A DNA stretch of 64,000 nucleotides. It comes from Lama guanicoe (lineage: Eukaryota). Shown piece after piece: positions 1 to 14,264 of this stretch. Position 1 is the stretch's first letter. Every line of letters begins with the position of its first letter. A program made the translations under genes and the position numbers. The DNA is taken from NCBI GenBank assembly GCA_013239625.1, contig MU054323.1, forward strand, positions 6,251,220 through 6,315,219. Reading direction: 5' to 3'. The notes beneath the pieces were generated by a model, which saw only the letters and a program-made list of their open reading frames with translations, searched no databases and was not told where the DNA came from.

Positions 1-179
1 AGTATATACTACATAATACAAAGCATGTGTTCACCAACTGTTTACGTTAGTGGTAAGGCTTCCAGTCAACAGTAGGCTATTCGTAATTAAGTTTAGGGGG
101 AGTCAAAAGTTATACACAGATTTTCAACTACACAGAGGTTGGTGCCCCTAATCCCCACACTGTTCAAGGGTCAACTGTA
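1..179. mobile_element. Tigger2/MER28-like DNA transposon end
   Basis: Ends in the TIR ...TGTTCAAGGGTCAACTG followed by TA. Confidence 0.8.
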
Positions 180-364
180 TATACTTCCTTTCAGTGAAAA
201 CTCACAGTAGTCCAGTGAGATAGTTATTACTCCCCCCATTTTACAGAAGAGGCAAACAAGGATCAGATGCTTTCATTCACTTAAAGTTATACAGTTACTA
301 GTAAAGTCAGATGAACTAACATATTTCTGACACCGTAGGTCAAACTCTTGGTCAATATACAGTA

Positions 365-572
365 CAGACGTCCCATGGTATCCGGGGGGGATTGATTCCA
401 ACACCCCACGCAGATACCAAATACAAGGATGCTCAAGTCCCGTATATAAAATGGCATAATACAGTTGGCCCTCCACATCCACAAATTCCACATCTGTGGA
501 TTCAAGGAACCACAGATCAAATTGTTGCCTGAATCTGTGGATGTGAAACCAGCAGATATGGAGGGCTGATTG
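365..572. mobile_element. MER2-like Tigger MITE
   Basis: CAG...TG ends flanked by TA; GGATGCTCAAGTCCC and GATATGGAGGGC motifs. Confidence 0.8.
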
Positions 573-1787
573 TACCTCGTTACTTTCATTTGGTACACAG
601 AGCATGTCCTTAATTCAGGAAATGTAGACCCTTTCACTTAAAAAGACACTAATGACGATCAGTAGTATTTTTTTTAAAGGAAGCAAACATTCCAACTACT
701 CTTATCCACAAAGAAAACTATGAAACAGAAATAAATACTGATTTTAAAAGCAGCATGATTTATGCTATGGTTTTGAATGAAACCAAGAGACATTCATACT
801 CTCAGCATGAGTGGCAAAAGTATAACTCTGTCAAAAATTTAAAATTAAGTCACTGGACAATTTGCCAGCATTCCCAAGCTAACTCTTTCCTAAACCACCA
901 ATGTTATTTTATATTATTTTCCAATTCTTATTAAAGTCTCTTGAAGCATGAAGACGGCATATGTTTGACTTCCCAATAAACACTGAGCACCTCGATGGTA
1001 AAATTTTTACTTTATTCCTCTTTCTAGATCCACTATCTAGAACACAGCAGTTTTCAATTCTAACAGTAAAAATAATACCTGAAATGCTTTACCAGTTACA
1101 AAGGACTTTGATACACATCAAATCAGTAATGATTGCTCAACAGATGCTTGTTGAATTTTTTTTAATTTTATGTGGATTTCCTTAGATATAATGAAATATA
1201 AGTTGCATTGCCAAATATGAATGACTTTCTTTAGTAGCTCAAATAATTAAAAGTGAATTTTCATCCAGACTAATTTTTATGAGTATTAAGAAATATTTTT
1301 AAAGTTACTGTCATATATAAAGAGTAAAAGTAGCCTACATGGTGTTTACCCACCTTACTCTGCCTTTTAAAAGCATTCATTTATTACTGAATTCTTCTAG
1401 CACCATATTTACAACCAATGAAAATAAATAACATACAGTTTTGTGAGATTTCTTGCACAGATATTTAACTTTTTATGCTTGCTCTATTTCCTCAATTTTA
1501 ATCTAGTGATACATATGTTATACCCAGGGTTTTCAAGAGCACTTAACATGGTATTATATGCCTAGTAGCCACCCCAATAAATGTTTTGTGAATCATCTTA
1601 GTCATTTTAGCATCCATCTTAGCAGTGAAACTGCTATTAAATATCTAAGCATACAAATTTAGACCACTGACCCTAAATTTAACATACTGATTAGAAAATA
1701 TGCTTTGTCATGAACAGTTTGTATTTATAGACTAAACATATTAAATATTCTAAAGAAGACATTCTCATATTAGCTGACTTCACTTAC

Positions 1788-1962
1788 CTGATCAAAAAGA
1801 AGCCTAAGCTGCCGCTCAGATTCACCAACCCACTTACTTAGACAGTCTGCTCCTTTTCGCATAAAAAAAGCTACCTTTTTGTCTCCTTGACTGCACTCAT
1901 TCGCTAGCGCTCTGGCAACCAAGGTTTTACCTGTGCCAGGAGGGCCATAAAACAAACAGCCC
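1788..1962 (-). CDS. ATAD2B: ATAD2B exon 12 (175 nt, Walker [24 protein letters not shown]...LLFDQ)
   Basis: Acceptor cctctag|G, donor CAG|gtaagt; phase 2 to 0; canonical AAA+ P-loop. Confidence 0.97.
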
Positions 1963-3446
1963 CTAGAGGAATAAAGAATCAACAAAAGTAAATTAATGTT
2001 ATTAACACCACTAATAACCAATACAAAAGCATGCATCTCCCATATAATTTTGTAATAATGTATATTATAATTATTCGACACTGTAATGCTTTTTGTACTA
2101 TACAGACAAAAGTTACACTTTGCTGAGAGGATTCAAGGATGTTCTCAAAGCACCAAGCTTTGGCAGAAGAGCATTAGTTTAACCAGAGTAAAGAGTAATT
2201 TGCCATGATACATCAAAATATTAAAGGTGTTTTCCCTGTGATCAGGAAATTTCACATTTTAGAATATGTCATATAGAAATACTAAAAAGAATATTATAAA
2301 GATAGATTTTTTTAATCTAAATGCTATCTAATAATAAGGGGCACATACATACAATGCTACATCTATAAATTGAACACTAATATGATGCCAAAATGAGTAA
2401 TACACATTATTGAAATGGGAAGATGTCTATAATATACTATAGAGTGAAAAACAGTTACATAAGGGTACTTTTGAATAATCTCATTTATATTAAATGTTTA
2501 CATGTGTATAATATAGGCAAAATATAAACTTAATATATGCATATATATATATAAAAGAAAGCTGTAAAGAACATAAAAACTTTTCATCACTAAGGAGTAG
2601 GATTCCTTTCTGCTTATAACACTTTCTGCTTGTAAGTCCATGTTTTAAGGTTTCTCCCAAGGCTATATAACTTCATTGCTTTGAAGAAAATAATAATTTT
2701 TAAATTCAAGTTATATCATATGAAAAACAAATAAATTGCTATTATGATTTTTAAAAGTCACTAAAGAATTACAGGCCAACTTTTCTTCCACCCAAATAGG
2801 TCACTCTTTAGCAAGATTTTCTACATCCTAGAACACAGGAATGATGAATTAAAACCAAATGTGAATAAAAGTACTTCTTAAATGAAAAGGGACATTTAGC
2901 AGTTTAAATCTAATAGTCTACACACACATCTTCAGAATATTTTATTATGCCCAATTTCCATTGACATAATTTCTCAGCCTTTTCTAAGTTAACCAAGTCA
3001 TGATTAAAAACAATCTGATCATAAAAGTTAACTATCAAGCTTACCATTTCAAAAATATCACATCATCAAGTCAAAGAAACGTTTCATTGAAATTATGCTT
3101 CTGAAGATTAATCAATATATAGCATCAAACTCAATGCTAACCAAATTAAGGTAAATTTGGTTAAAACCAAATTAAGGAAATCCATTGGGGCAATCCACTT
3201 GTATATTCAAGGCCTGCATAAAGAATCTCATCTTGTCCCTGACTCTTAAATGCCAAAATATAAACTTCAAGAATACATTTAGTACCACAGCCTTTGAACC
3301 CTAAATATAAAATTTCATTCCTAATTCTCATTGCTAGAACACATCAAATAAATATATATGAAATATTTATATTTATAATCATTTACTAACTGAAAATTCA
3401 TAAATTAACAGTAATAATAATAATAAACATCTAGGACACTGCTTAC

Positions 3447-3562
3447 CTTGGAGGTTGAATTTTAAATTTTTCAAAAATTTCTGGATATAAAAGTGGAAAT
3501 ACTACCATTTCCTTTAGTGCATGAATATGATGGCTCAATCCACCTATGCTATCAAACCGCAC
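3447..3562 (-). CDS. ATAD2B: ATAD2B exon 11 (116 nt, VRFDSIGGLSHHIHALKEMVVFPLLYPEIFEKFKIQPP)
   Basis: Acceptor ttccaag|GTG, donor AAG|gtaagc; phase 0 to 2; start of the AAA domain. Confidence 0.96.
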
Positions 3563-4699
3563 CTTGGAAAGAAAGGGAAAAGATTAATATAAAATAATTT
3601 TAATTGTTCATAGATTTTTTTAAACTTATGAGATAATCTTATGATTCAGAAATGCATGCCTTCAGCAAGAACTGAAGTGTAAACAAAAAATTCATTATTA
3701 ACTTAAAGTTGAAAAAATTACATTTCTGAAATAAGTGTAGAAAAATAAAGTTGGTAGTAAAATTCAAGTTTACACTTCAGCTCAGGCAAATAAAGCTATT
3801 ATTCATTAATCTCCTTGTAACTAAGGACCAGGATTAATGGCTCATCTAACACTCTAATAGGGCAATATTGTTCCAAAGGTGGGCAAAAATTAGTTCAGGA
3901 GTAAGTGAAAAAAAAATCTTAGCTATTACAATGGTTTGTGCCCTCCAATGCTCAATTTTACCTGACAAAATCTTATTTTTCAATAATAATTTATCTAGAG
4001 AGAAATTTAATTTTTTCCCCTTAGGAGACGACAATGAAAAAATAGCTTCAGAAACACTAATCTATCACAAGAAGCAACAGATTTTTTCCCTCCCATCCAT
4101 ATCTGTTCAAATATCTAAAGTTGTAAAGTAAAAAATTGTATAGAAAAAAGTCCTTGAAGGGAATATGATAGAAATATGACTGAAAAAAAATCTAGAAAAA
4201 TAAATATGGAGTTTAAATAACAGAAACATTCTAAGAAAAGCTTATTCTTCTTGTATATGACTTCAAATTTAACAAAAATAAGTTATTCTAATTGAGCGAT
4301 AGAGACATCTAAAGTAAACTAGATTCAAGAGAATAAGGTGCTGGTAAACCCAACTAAACAAAGACCATTATGTCTGGTCCCCTAAGAATGTGAACTATTA
4401 GACATGAGACTCTGAAATAATCTGAAATTTCCTTAGTTCCTCAGTAGTAAAATATTCTCCCCTATGTCTTCAGATTGGAGATAGCCAGTATTTCATTCTC
4501 AACAATATACACAAAACCATTTGATAATTTAAGCCTCTCACATGAGAATCAATTAAATAATTTGTATAGAAAGGTTTATGAGAGCAAAGAAGAAATATCA
4601 AGTATGTTCTTGGTTATGCAGTAACTTTATCCCAAAGTATCCCCCCAAAAAGATTCTAATAACAGTAAGAATGTCCCAAAAGATTCTACCAACAGTAAG

Positions 4700-5500
4700 A
4701 ATCTACCATGTCCTCTAAATCTTGTCTCTTTTCATGCTACATACTTTCCCTGGGTACTACCATTCATTTTCCATAGTGACCACAATGATCCTTACATTGG
4801 TGATCATATCCAGATTTCTAGCCCAGATATTTCTCCTTAATGTCATACCTAAATAACCAATTTCCTACAAGTTAGTTGCAACTGTGATGTGTCACAGATA
4901 CCTAACCATGTCTACAACTAAGTCATCTTCACATCTTAAAACATACCTTCTTCTATGTTTCCAATCTCAGAGCGTAGAACTATTCATTATCCCACCCAGA
5001 CACTTAAGCCAGAAACCTGGGTCATACATTTAATGTGTTTCTCTCCCTCATTCCCCCAAAGCAATTAATTCACCAAATTCTGTCATATATGAATTATCTC
5101 CTGAATTCTGTTAGATCCATCTACTACTTCTTTCCATCATTACCCTACTTTCTAACATGATCATTACTAAAGATTACTAGATTACAACTATGTCCAAACC
5201 AGTCTCCCTAATGCCAGCCTTGCTTCCCTCAAATTCATTGACTACATCATAGACAGAGTGATCTACCTAAAATGCAAATACAGTGGGGGAGAGTATAGCT
5301 CAAGTAGTAGCATGCATGCTTAGCATGCAGGAGATCCTGGATTCAATCCCTGGTACCTCCATTAAAAATAAATAAATAAAATTACCCCCCCAAAAAAAAC
5401 AAAAAATTAATAAATGCAAATATGATCATGAAATCTAGGCAGCTTCAACAACACACCACTGCTTCTCATGGTTTATGGGGCCTTGTCATATTTGTCAGCC
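4700..5500 (-). mobile_element. L2 fragment (interrupted by a SINE)
   Basis: L2-like motifs (AAGCCAGAAACCTGG, CAGAGTGATCT..AAAATGCAAAT); boundaries approximate. Confidence 0.6.
5285..5411 (+). mobile_element. tRNA-derived SINE (camelid Vic-1-like)
   Basis: GGGGGAGAGTATAGCTCAAGT A box, ATTCAATCCC B box, A-rich tail; TSD AAATGCAAATA at 5270-5280 and 5412-5422. Confidence 0.88.
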
Positions 5501-5722
5501 TGATTTTCTACCCATTTTTCATTTTATAGTTCCAATAACACATAAATGGAAAAAAAGAGAAACACTTGAGTAATTATCAAACGTGACCTGAAGTGCTAGG
5601 TTCTAAAATATACACATCAAAACACTAATGGTGATCTTCTACTTTTATTGTGTATTGAGTTAGAACCAATAACCTTAAAAAAAAATTAAAGCTATTTCTA
5701 GGAAAATATTTACAAAACTTAC

Positions 5723-5834
5723 TGATTTATCAATGTTCATCGGATCAACATCAGCCAAGCTTGCACCCACTTTGACACGTTCTCGAAGAATACCACTAGC
5801 TAAATCTTCTCCTCTTAAATTCATAGGCAAACAT
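5723..5834 (-). CDS. ATAD2B: ATAD2B exon 10 (112 nt, RCLPMNLRGEDLASG...DVDPMNIDKS)
   Basis: Acceptor tttcag|A, donor TCA|gtaagt; phase 2 to 0. Confidence 0.95.
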
Positions 5835-7377
5835 CTGAAATTCATAAAAATTCAAGTAGACAGCATTAAAAGTTTCATATTCTTAATGTCATAATAAGTT
5901 TAAATCTTTGACACATTTTCATCTTTCTCCTTTTTCTCATAACCCAGAAAATGACAAGGGATTTCATATTTTTAAACTACTTTTACTAAATTCTTTTAAA
6001 CAGATCAAAAATAATTTATTCACTAGACAAAACAAATAAGATCATTAATCTATTTGTCCAAAGACCCTAATCTATTCCAACTTAGAAAATTTAACAAACC
6101 TGATATTCCATGTTATACATATATAAAATAAAAAGAGACCTACTATATGTACTATATGATATTAAATGAAATCAAGCTTTATTATACATTTAAATTTATC
6201 TTCAGATAGTATATGGGTATACTTACTCAGCTTACATGATAGAAGAAATTTCTTTCCCTTTTATTCAAGGTAAACTAATTTCAGATCATATTTTCAGAAC
6301 TAAGCTTTATCTTTCATGTACTTATCTTAAAATAGATCTTCAGATGCCTAAAATTCTATACTATTTAACTTAAATTACCCCTAAGAAAATATAATCTATT
6401 TTCTCTTTTAACACTGTGTAAACACCAAAAGATGACATAAACAGGCTCAAAAAAAGTATAGCTTCTATAATGAATGTACCTTCAGTGACATTTCTGAATC
6501 CAAACCTACTTTAAAAATGTATTTCCAAAGCAGGTATCAGAATAATTCAGATTAAAGAGGCATTAAAATATTTTATTTAAACTTAGGTTTTTCTCTTACA
6601 TGTTCTTTCCATCGTTCACATGAGGAACTCTTTTCAGCATACAATCTACACCAACCCAAACTTGTTTCCAAGGCCAGCTAACTGAAAACTTGGTATTTCT
6701 AAAGTAGATATATAATACCAAATTATAGAAATGTTTTGCTAAATGTAAAATCTCTAAGTAGAATTTATGCTTAGCATTATAAATGTAAGCTAGAAAATTA
6801 AATTAAATTTTAAAGAATAAATTATAATTTGATTCTTTAATTATCTACTAGACAAAATACTGATACTATTCCCCACTGAAAACTCGAGATTTTAATGAGC
6901 CACATAGTAATCAGAGTATTTAGTCTAGTTAAGCAGAGGTCACCAGACATACTCATTAAACCAAACATAAAACAAATTTTCCAACGAAATCCAAGGGCTC
7001 TTGAGATAATTCTATTAGAAACCAAATCTTACTCTGAGTGCTCTAATCATTATAAGCATCTAAAATCAGCCTCATTAGACAGATTTGAATTAGAAGAGAG
7101 GCACTGAAAAAAGACTCTTATAGAGGTTGGCCTCTTCCCCTTCCCACACACTATTTTACTGAGTACTTACACAGTAAGTAATTTATAGGAAGTTTCCCAA
7201 GGTCAGATTTCTACCCTAAGAATTACTAAGTAAAAACCAAGTCAGTGTATTACTCTAGTCTAAAATATGTGTTGAATGTCACTGTTAGCAAAATGCTAGT
7301 ACAGATAAGAATCCCATTCAAATAGTTAAAATTGTTATTCCTTTTTTCTACCATGGAAATAACAGAAGTTTACTAAC

Positions 7378-7476
7378 CTATTTCTTGCTCTTGCCATGCT
7401 CTTTGATTTCCTTCTTTCAAAGCGTTCTTCATCAGAGGAAGTTGTATCACTACTATGAATGGCATGTTTCTTTCTC
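7378..7476 (-). CDS. ATAD2B: ATAD2B exon 9 (99 nt, RRKKHAIHSSDTTSSDEERFERRKSKSMARARN)
   Basis: Acceptor taaatag|G, donor TAG|gttagt; phase 2 to 2. Confidence 0.95.
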
Positions 7477-8649
7477 CTATTTAAAGACAGTAAAATCTTT
7501 AAAATCATTACATCAGCAAAGGGCTTTTAAAAACACGTTCTGAATCAAAGCAATAAACTTAACTGGCATCCAAATTTAGGGAATATCTATCATCGACTCA
7601 TGAATAACAGGGGAAACTTATTAGAAAAGAAAGCTTATTCTTTTTCTCTTCTTATTTTCCCATTCCTAAATAATCAGAAATAGTCCAGACACTAAAGAAA
7701 ATAAAACACTGGATTATAGAGAATCAAGGGCTTTCTTTTTCCACCTAAAACACTTATACCCTATTTGAATTTCTTATAAAATGTATAAAGTATTTCTGAA
7801 GAAAAAAATGTAACAGCTTATAATTAGAACTACAATGGAGTGATTAAATAATGTATCAAGCTAAATTCATTCTCAAAGAGAAATAATAATGAATTCTACA
7901 TTACTAATAGAACTTATGACATCTCTAGGATACCTAGAAAATATGGTAACTGTATGGAGGAATTGATATAAATTAATTTATTTCAAACTTAAATTGGCCT
8001 TCAAGGATGGCCCACAGCCTGCAGAGCCCTACTCTACTTCAGTTCCCACTAACCTCAATAGCAAACCCAGATTTCCCCCAACTCTCATTAAGATCCTTAG
8101 CCTATCTAAATTCCTTCTACTGATTAATATAAATCCTTTCCTTTCATCTGCATCAGTTTTTAATGCCTCCAAAAAGTTCATAAAGACTATTATAATAATT
8201 ATCTAGTCAATTTTCACAATTTTGATAGTTATCCTCTCTCTTACTTCTTCCTCTCCATTAGGAAAATGCCTGTTTCCAAGTTTCTTATGCTGTATGTGTG
8301 TGTATACACATGCGTGCATGTGAGTTGGGCCTAATGTATACAAATATAATATATCTGTCAACAGCAGCACAATGAAGTGGGCAGAAGCAAAAGTGTACAT
8401 GTTGGGCTAAGATAATGACTCCAGATGACAACTCAAATGCACAAGAACAAATGAAGAGAACCAGAATGATACATAAAAAGGTTACTATAAAAAATTATAA
8501 GCACATACTTGGCTGACTTACTTCTCTCAACTTTTTCAAAGGACACAAAATTATATAAATAATTCTCATAGTTTATTGCTATGTTTGTTAAATTTATAAA
8601 TATAACATATATAACACCACAAAAGGCAGAGTTGTATATGAATTTCCCA

Positions 8650-9830
8650 GAAAGCCCTTACAACATACACAAAAATTAATTCAAAATGGATCAAAGACGT
8701 AAACACAAAGCTAAAACTATAAAACTCTTGGACAAAAAGCATAGTAGTAAAACTTCGTGATGTGGTTTGGCAATGGATTCTAAGATATGACATTAAAAAC
8801 ATGAACAAAAGCAGAAAAGATAAACTGAACTTCATCAAAATTAAAATCCTTTATGCTTCAAAGAACGCCATCAAGAAAGTAACAAGACAGCCCACAAAGT
8901 AGGATAAAATATTTGCAAACTATATATCTAATAAGGAATTTGAATCTAGACTATATAAAGAACTCTTACAAGTCAATGACGAAGAGAGAACCCAATTTTA
9001 AAATAGGCACAGGACACAGACAGTTCTCAAAGGAAAATTTTTAAATGGCCAAAAAGCCCATGAAAAAATGCCTCATATCATTAGTAATCAGGGAAATGTT
9101 AATCAGAACCACAGTGAGACACATTTTATACCCACTAGCATGACTAGAAGCAAAAAGTCAGATAATAGAAAGTGTTGGGGAGGATATGAAAAACTGAAAG
9201 CCCCATACATTACTGGAGAGAATGTAAAATGGTACAGCCACTTTGGAAAACATTCAGGCAGTTCCTAAATGACTAAGCATAAAGTTATTACATGACCCAG
9301 TTATTCCAATCCTAGGTATATACTTAAGAGAAATGAAAATATGTCCACATAAAAACTTGTACATGAATCATTTATAGCATTATTATTGATAAAAGCCAAA
9401 AGCTGGAAAATTCAAATGCCCATCAAGTGATGAGTAGATAAAGAAAGTGTAACATAACCCTACCTTGGAACATTATTTGACCATAAAAAGGAAGTATCAA
9501 TACATGTTTCAACATGTATGAACCTAGAAAACATGTGAACTAAAAGAAGCCAATCACAAAGGCCACATATTATATTCTCATTTTTATGAAATGCCCAGAT
9601 TAGGCAAACCGATGGAGAAAGTAGATTAGTGGTTGCTCAGGGTTTAGAGGATAGTGGGAGTGGTAGAAGGTTAGACTTAAAGAGTACAAGTTCTTTTCCA
9701 AGGAGATAAAATATTATTTAAAACTGTGACGAAGTTCCACAGTTATCTGTGAATATACAAAAAAAACCACTGGATTGTATGCTATGTGCATTGTATGGTA
9801 TGTATCTTAATAAAGTTGTTTAAAAAAAAA
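8650..9830 (+). mobile_element. Old L1 (L1M) ORF2 end and 3'UTR
   Basis: Typical L1 3' motifs (AATTCAAAATGGATCAAAGAC, GGTACAGCCACTTTGGAAAA), ending AATAAA plus an A tail. Confidence 0.85.
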
Positions 9831-9979
9831 AAACAACTAGGTGAGACATCAGTGATGCTGCTCCAGTCCTTTGTGGCTAGAGTATAGTTTTTACAAGATA
9901 AGAAACTATCCTTTAGATATGTTAAGTATTTGCAAGCTAATTACATTATTTATTTTATTATGTTTATTCACAAAAAATG

Positions 9980-12060
9980 TTTACGAAAAATACCAGAAAA
10001 CGAAACTCAAGATGATCTGAAATAAAAACAGAATACTATGAAAAGCCATAAAACAATAAAATTATTCAAACTAAAAAACATGTTTGCCTAAATAAAATTA
10101 CAAGGATGGAAGACAAAAAGAATAAAATCTCCCAGAAAAAAAAAGGAGGGAGAGCAAATAACCTTTAATGAAAAAGAATATAAAAACAAATTACGTATGT
10201 ATCAGTATGACTGGGAAATTATACTGTACACCAGAGACTGACACACTGTAACTGACAACACTTCAATTTTTAAAAAGGGGGAGGGGGAGAGAGCAAAAAA
10301 GACAATGAAAAATGAGAGAAAAGGTAACTGCTACAGAGGCCCAATGTTAGACCAACAGTAGTTACTGAAATAGATGAGGGTAAAAAATGAAGAGAAGAAA
10401 TCTAGCAAAAAATTATACAAGAAAATTTCCTAGAGTTGAAAAAAGAAAATCTCCAAAGCAAGAGGGCCTAGCAAAAGGGTGAAAAACAATTTTATATAGA
10501 TAAAGATAGATAGATAAATACACAAACATATATATATATATATACACACATCTACAAAGAAACAAGAAATTAAACCAGACTGACTTTTCAACAGCAACAA
10601 TATATCATGGAATACAGTGAAATAAGAACTGCGAAAGTTTAAGGGAAACCTATTTGGATTTAGAATTCTATTAACTCACAAAAGTATTGGAAACTATGAA
10701 AATAAAATACATTTTCAAAGATACAAGGATGCAAAACTGACCTCCACACATTATTTCTGAGTAAATTACTTGAGACTGTATTCCTGCAAAATGAAACAGT
10801 AAAGCAAAAAAAAGAGACAAAGGATCCAGTAAACAAGGGATCCAACCCATGAAAGCAGTGTTAAGTCCTACAGCTTTGCAGCAGGCCTAGAAAAGCATCT
10901 CCCCAAAGTGGAACAGGGAGATGACACTAGGAAAGACGTTATCTGACAAAAAGAATATGAGTATTTTATATAATCGGAAGCTGGGGAAACTTGAGACTAC
11001 TTGAATGTGAGAGAAGGAGAACTCTTCAAATCACCACCATTGCTGAGACTATTAGAAGATAATCTCATTGGGTCCTTTTTCTCCATTTATACGAATCACC
11101 ACAAGAAGTCCCACATACATTCCCATCCCTGCAGGAATATGCAGGCTGTGCAGAAAGTGATACAATATCCCACATTCCTATCCCTCTGAACTCCATGTTC
11201 CCCTTCACCTCACCATTCTATTCCAAGCATTTGTCACATCTGACACATTATGTATTTTATATATCCATTAGTTTATCTCCCTCTATTAGAATGAAAGCTC
11301 CAAGAGAAGAGGGATTTTTATACTTTTAATTCTGAATATCCAGTGCCTTGAATGACACTTGGTGCATATAGAAGGTATACAACATTTATTTGTTGAAAGA
11401 GTGAATAAATCTAACTCTAGGAACGATTCCCATTGAGAGGCCAGAGGTGGCAGTAAAATCCATAAGAGGAGGATATTTAATCTTAGCCTCCTATGTAGCT
11501 CTATGGTGAAAAACACCATTATTTTTCATAGAAATGTAAAAGCTACCCATGGGTTTTCAACTTCTAGAATTAACTTAGAAATAAATCAAGGAAGACTTAA
11601 TAATTGTCGCAGAACAAATATAAATGTTATCAGTCTTGGCAATATAAAAAGCTAGAAAAAATGAAGTAGCAAGAGTAGCTATTAGGGTCCTAATCTTAAA
11701 AGAGGGGAGTCAAAGATATTGCCTACAATTAATAAAACAAAATTGTAGATTCAAGTATAATGATTGAAATTTCATGTGACCAAAGAAAAATTGAGGTTAG
11801 TGTTATCACTATATACGAGTGAGGAAGAAATCAAAAGACAATGTTTAAAGTTGATAAATCAAGAAACAGAATGTCATTTATACAGTTTATGGAAGTAGCT
11901 ATTAAAATAACTAAAAGTAGAAATGTTCAAAGTGATTGCTGACTGACAGCAGGTCTAGAGGTGCGGTAAAGTGGGTTAGGAGTATCACTTGCATTGAACC
12001 TATCTATTTGTTATTTTAACCACATGTATGTATTACTTTGACTAATAAGAAAAATTAAGT
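9980..12060 (+). mobile_element. Ancient HAL1-like element with L1-tail and L2 inserts
   Basis: Decayed ORF1-like sequence plus HAL1-like GGATCCAACCCA...GCAGCAGGCCTAGA at ~10820-10920; family from recall, boundaries approximate. Confidence 0.6.
10158..10276 (+). mobile_element. Short L1 3'-end fragment
   Basis: CTGTACACCAGAGACTGACACA resembles the L1 3' end at 37680-37710; flanked by repeated GGAGAGCAAA-like sequence. Confidence 0.6.
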
Positions 12061-12199
12061 ACAGAAGAAAAGATCTTCAGAAGCAAAAATTCAACAGAAA
12101 TAAAAATGGCCCAAAAGCTGGCTGAAGTGTGACATCCTTAATCAAAACAAAAATCCTATAAACCCCAATGGCAAGATTATTAACAACCATGCACTCTCA

Positions 12200-13560
12200 A
12201 AGATACAATGTCATTACCACAAAATATATCATTCTTAAGCATCAACCTTAATGGGGACATGCTAGAGGCATTCCCATTAAAGAAGTGGGATACAAAATTA
12301 ATACACAGCAATTTACTGTTCTTATATAAACAGCCAGATGAGAGAAAATATAATGGAAAAATGAAGAATGGAAGAATGGGGGAAAAAGAGGGGCAGGGGC
12401 ATCTTTTATGTAATATTTATATATTATATATAACTTGATAATAAACTTAGCAACTGGAATCAATGGAGAAATCATAGATTCATTCAATAAATGAGGTTGG
12501 GACAACTCATTTTCCACCTGGGAAAAAAGCTGGATCCATACCATAAATCTCACACAAGGATAAAATTCAAATGGATCAAAATTTAAGAGTAAAAAAATAA
12601 AACCTTAAATTCAAAGGGGAACTCCCTTAAAACTTCGGATTTGAGAAGGCTTTTCTAACTGATTCAAAAATCTGAACACCTTAAAAGACATAAATCTGAC
12701 TACCTAAAAAATAAGAATGTTCTAGTATAGACAACCAAAAGCAAAGTTAAAAGACAAACCCTGAACTGATGAAAAAGATTGGCAATTTGTGACAAAGGAC
12801 TAAAAGTACCCATTAGAAAAATAGACAAACTTTAAAAACAGATATTTCAAAAAATAGGAAAAATAAATGGCTTTAAAAGACATGAAAAAACTCTCACAAG
12901 AGATAAAAAAAATTTCAAATAAACCAAGATCTCATTTTCAACTCTCAGACTGGCAAAAATCCAAAAGTTTGAGAATACATTTTTTTGACAGGAATATGCA
13001 AAAGTAGGTACTTTCATACACTGCTGGGTGGATTGCAAACTGATTCAACACTACTGAAGGTAATCAAAACTACAACTTCATATTCCTTTTAATTCAGAGA
13101 TTCCACTTCTGTGAAGTTATTCTACAAATATATTCGTACAAATGTAAAATAACAATTATGCAAGGGTATTCATTATATTGTATTTTGTAATAAAAAAGAC
13201 TGAAAACAACCTGACTCTTGATAAAGAGCTAGTTTTAAAATGACAGTATAGTTACATACATAACTATAAACTAAATGTGAAATTTCACTACAGACAGTTA
13301 AAACGAATCAAGTGAAAAAAACAAGGTGTAGGACAATGCACAGTATACTTTGTGTAAAAAGGGATCACAGTATACTTTGTGTAAAAAGGGATTACAATAT
13401 ACATACACATATATGAACATATCATCTAAGGATATACAAACCAGTATCAATGCTTCTACAGGATCTTGAGAGATTATTGAGGCTAGAAAAAAATCTTTTC
13501 ATGTTTAGATTTTAATAGTTATTTTTGAACCATAAGGAATATATCACCTTTTTCAGAAAA
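12200..13560 (+). mobile_element. Old L1ME-type fragments
   Basis: Decayed ORF2 and 3' motifs (GCATTCCCATTAAA, TTCAAATGGATCAAAA). Confidence 0.65.
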
Positions 13561-13973
13561 CTTAATAGACAACATAAAGTTTCAAAAACAAAAAGTCTCC
13601 TTTGTACCTACACATAAAAGAAAGGGAAAAAGAAAACAAAAAGTAGCAAAGACTAATGGAACCAATACTTCCAATGAAGGCCACGTGAGTCTCCCAGATT
13701 CAATTCTAAGAGACCAGAGGGCTGCATAGCTTTAGGGAACATAACTGTTAAAAGTAACTATTTCAGGCAAACTAAACCAGGAAGATAACAGTCACACATA
13801 GAGTAACAACTATTAGTCACTAATTAAAGAAAGATGCTATTTAGTTACTCGTTGGCATTAACACTATCAATATCTATATTCCAACTGTAAGGCATTACAC
13901 TATGTATTACTCAAAGGATATATCTAAATGACAAATATAAGTACTTCCTCCTTTCAAAAACAACAAAACATAC

Positions 13974-14049
13974 CTGATATGGCTTCTTCTTGCTGGAGAT
14001 CTGTGAATATCAAATAACGTGTTTTCCCTCTTTTTTTGATGAGCTGGTA
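13974..14049 (-). CDS. ATAD2B: ATAD2B exon 8 (76 nt, VPAHQKKRENTLFDIHRSPARRSHI)
   Basis: Acceptor ctttaag|TA, donor CAG|gtatgt; phase 1 to 2. Confidence 0.94.
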
Positions 14050-14264
14050 CTTAAAGAAAAAAATTAACATAGAAATAACTAATAATAAATTGATAAATTG
14101 ATATATTAAAGAAGTATAAAGTACTTCTGAACAGAAGCTAGTCATCCACCTTCAAGTTCTAAATGCTGTCTAGAAGAAGCACAACAAAAATAATAACTTT
14201 GTGGTAAAAACTACAAGTTGTACATAAACCTTCTAAAAAATGTTAAACTAAATCTTTGCATCTT

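Noticed and set aside
273..637. 110-aa and 116-aa minus-strand ORFs as ATAD2B exons
   Set aside because: They overlap a MER2-like transposon and do not encode the expected next AAA-domain (Walker B) sequence.
4643..4702. Two ~30-bp direct repeats as a CRISPR-like or regulatory array
   Set aside because: Only two adjacent diverged copies without spacers in eukaryotic intron DNA; an ordinary tandem duplication.
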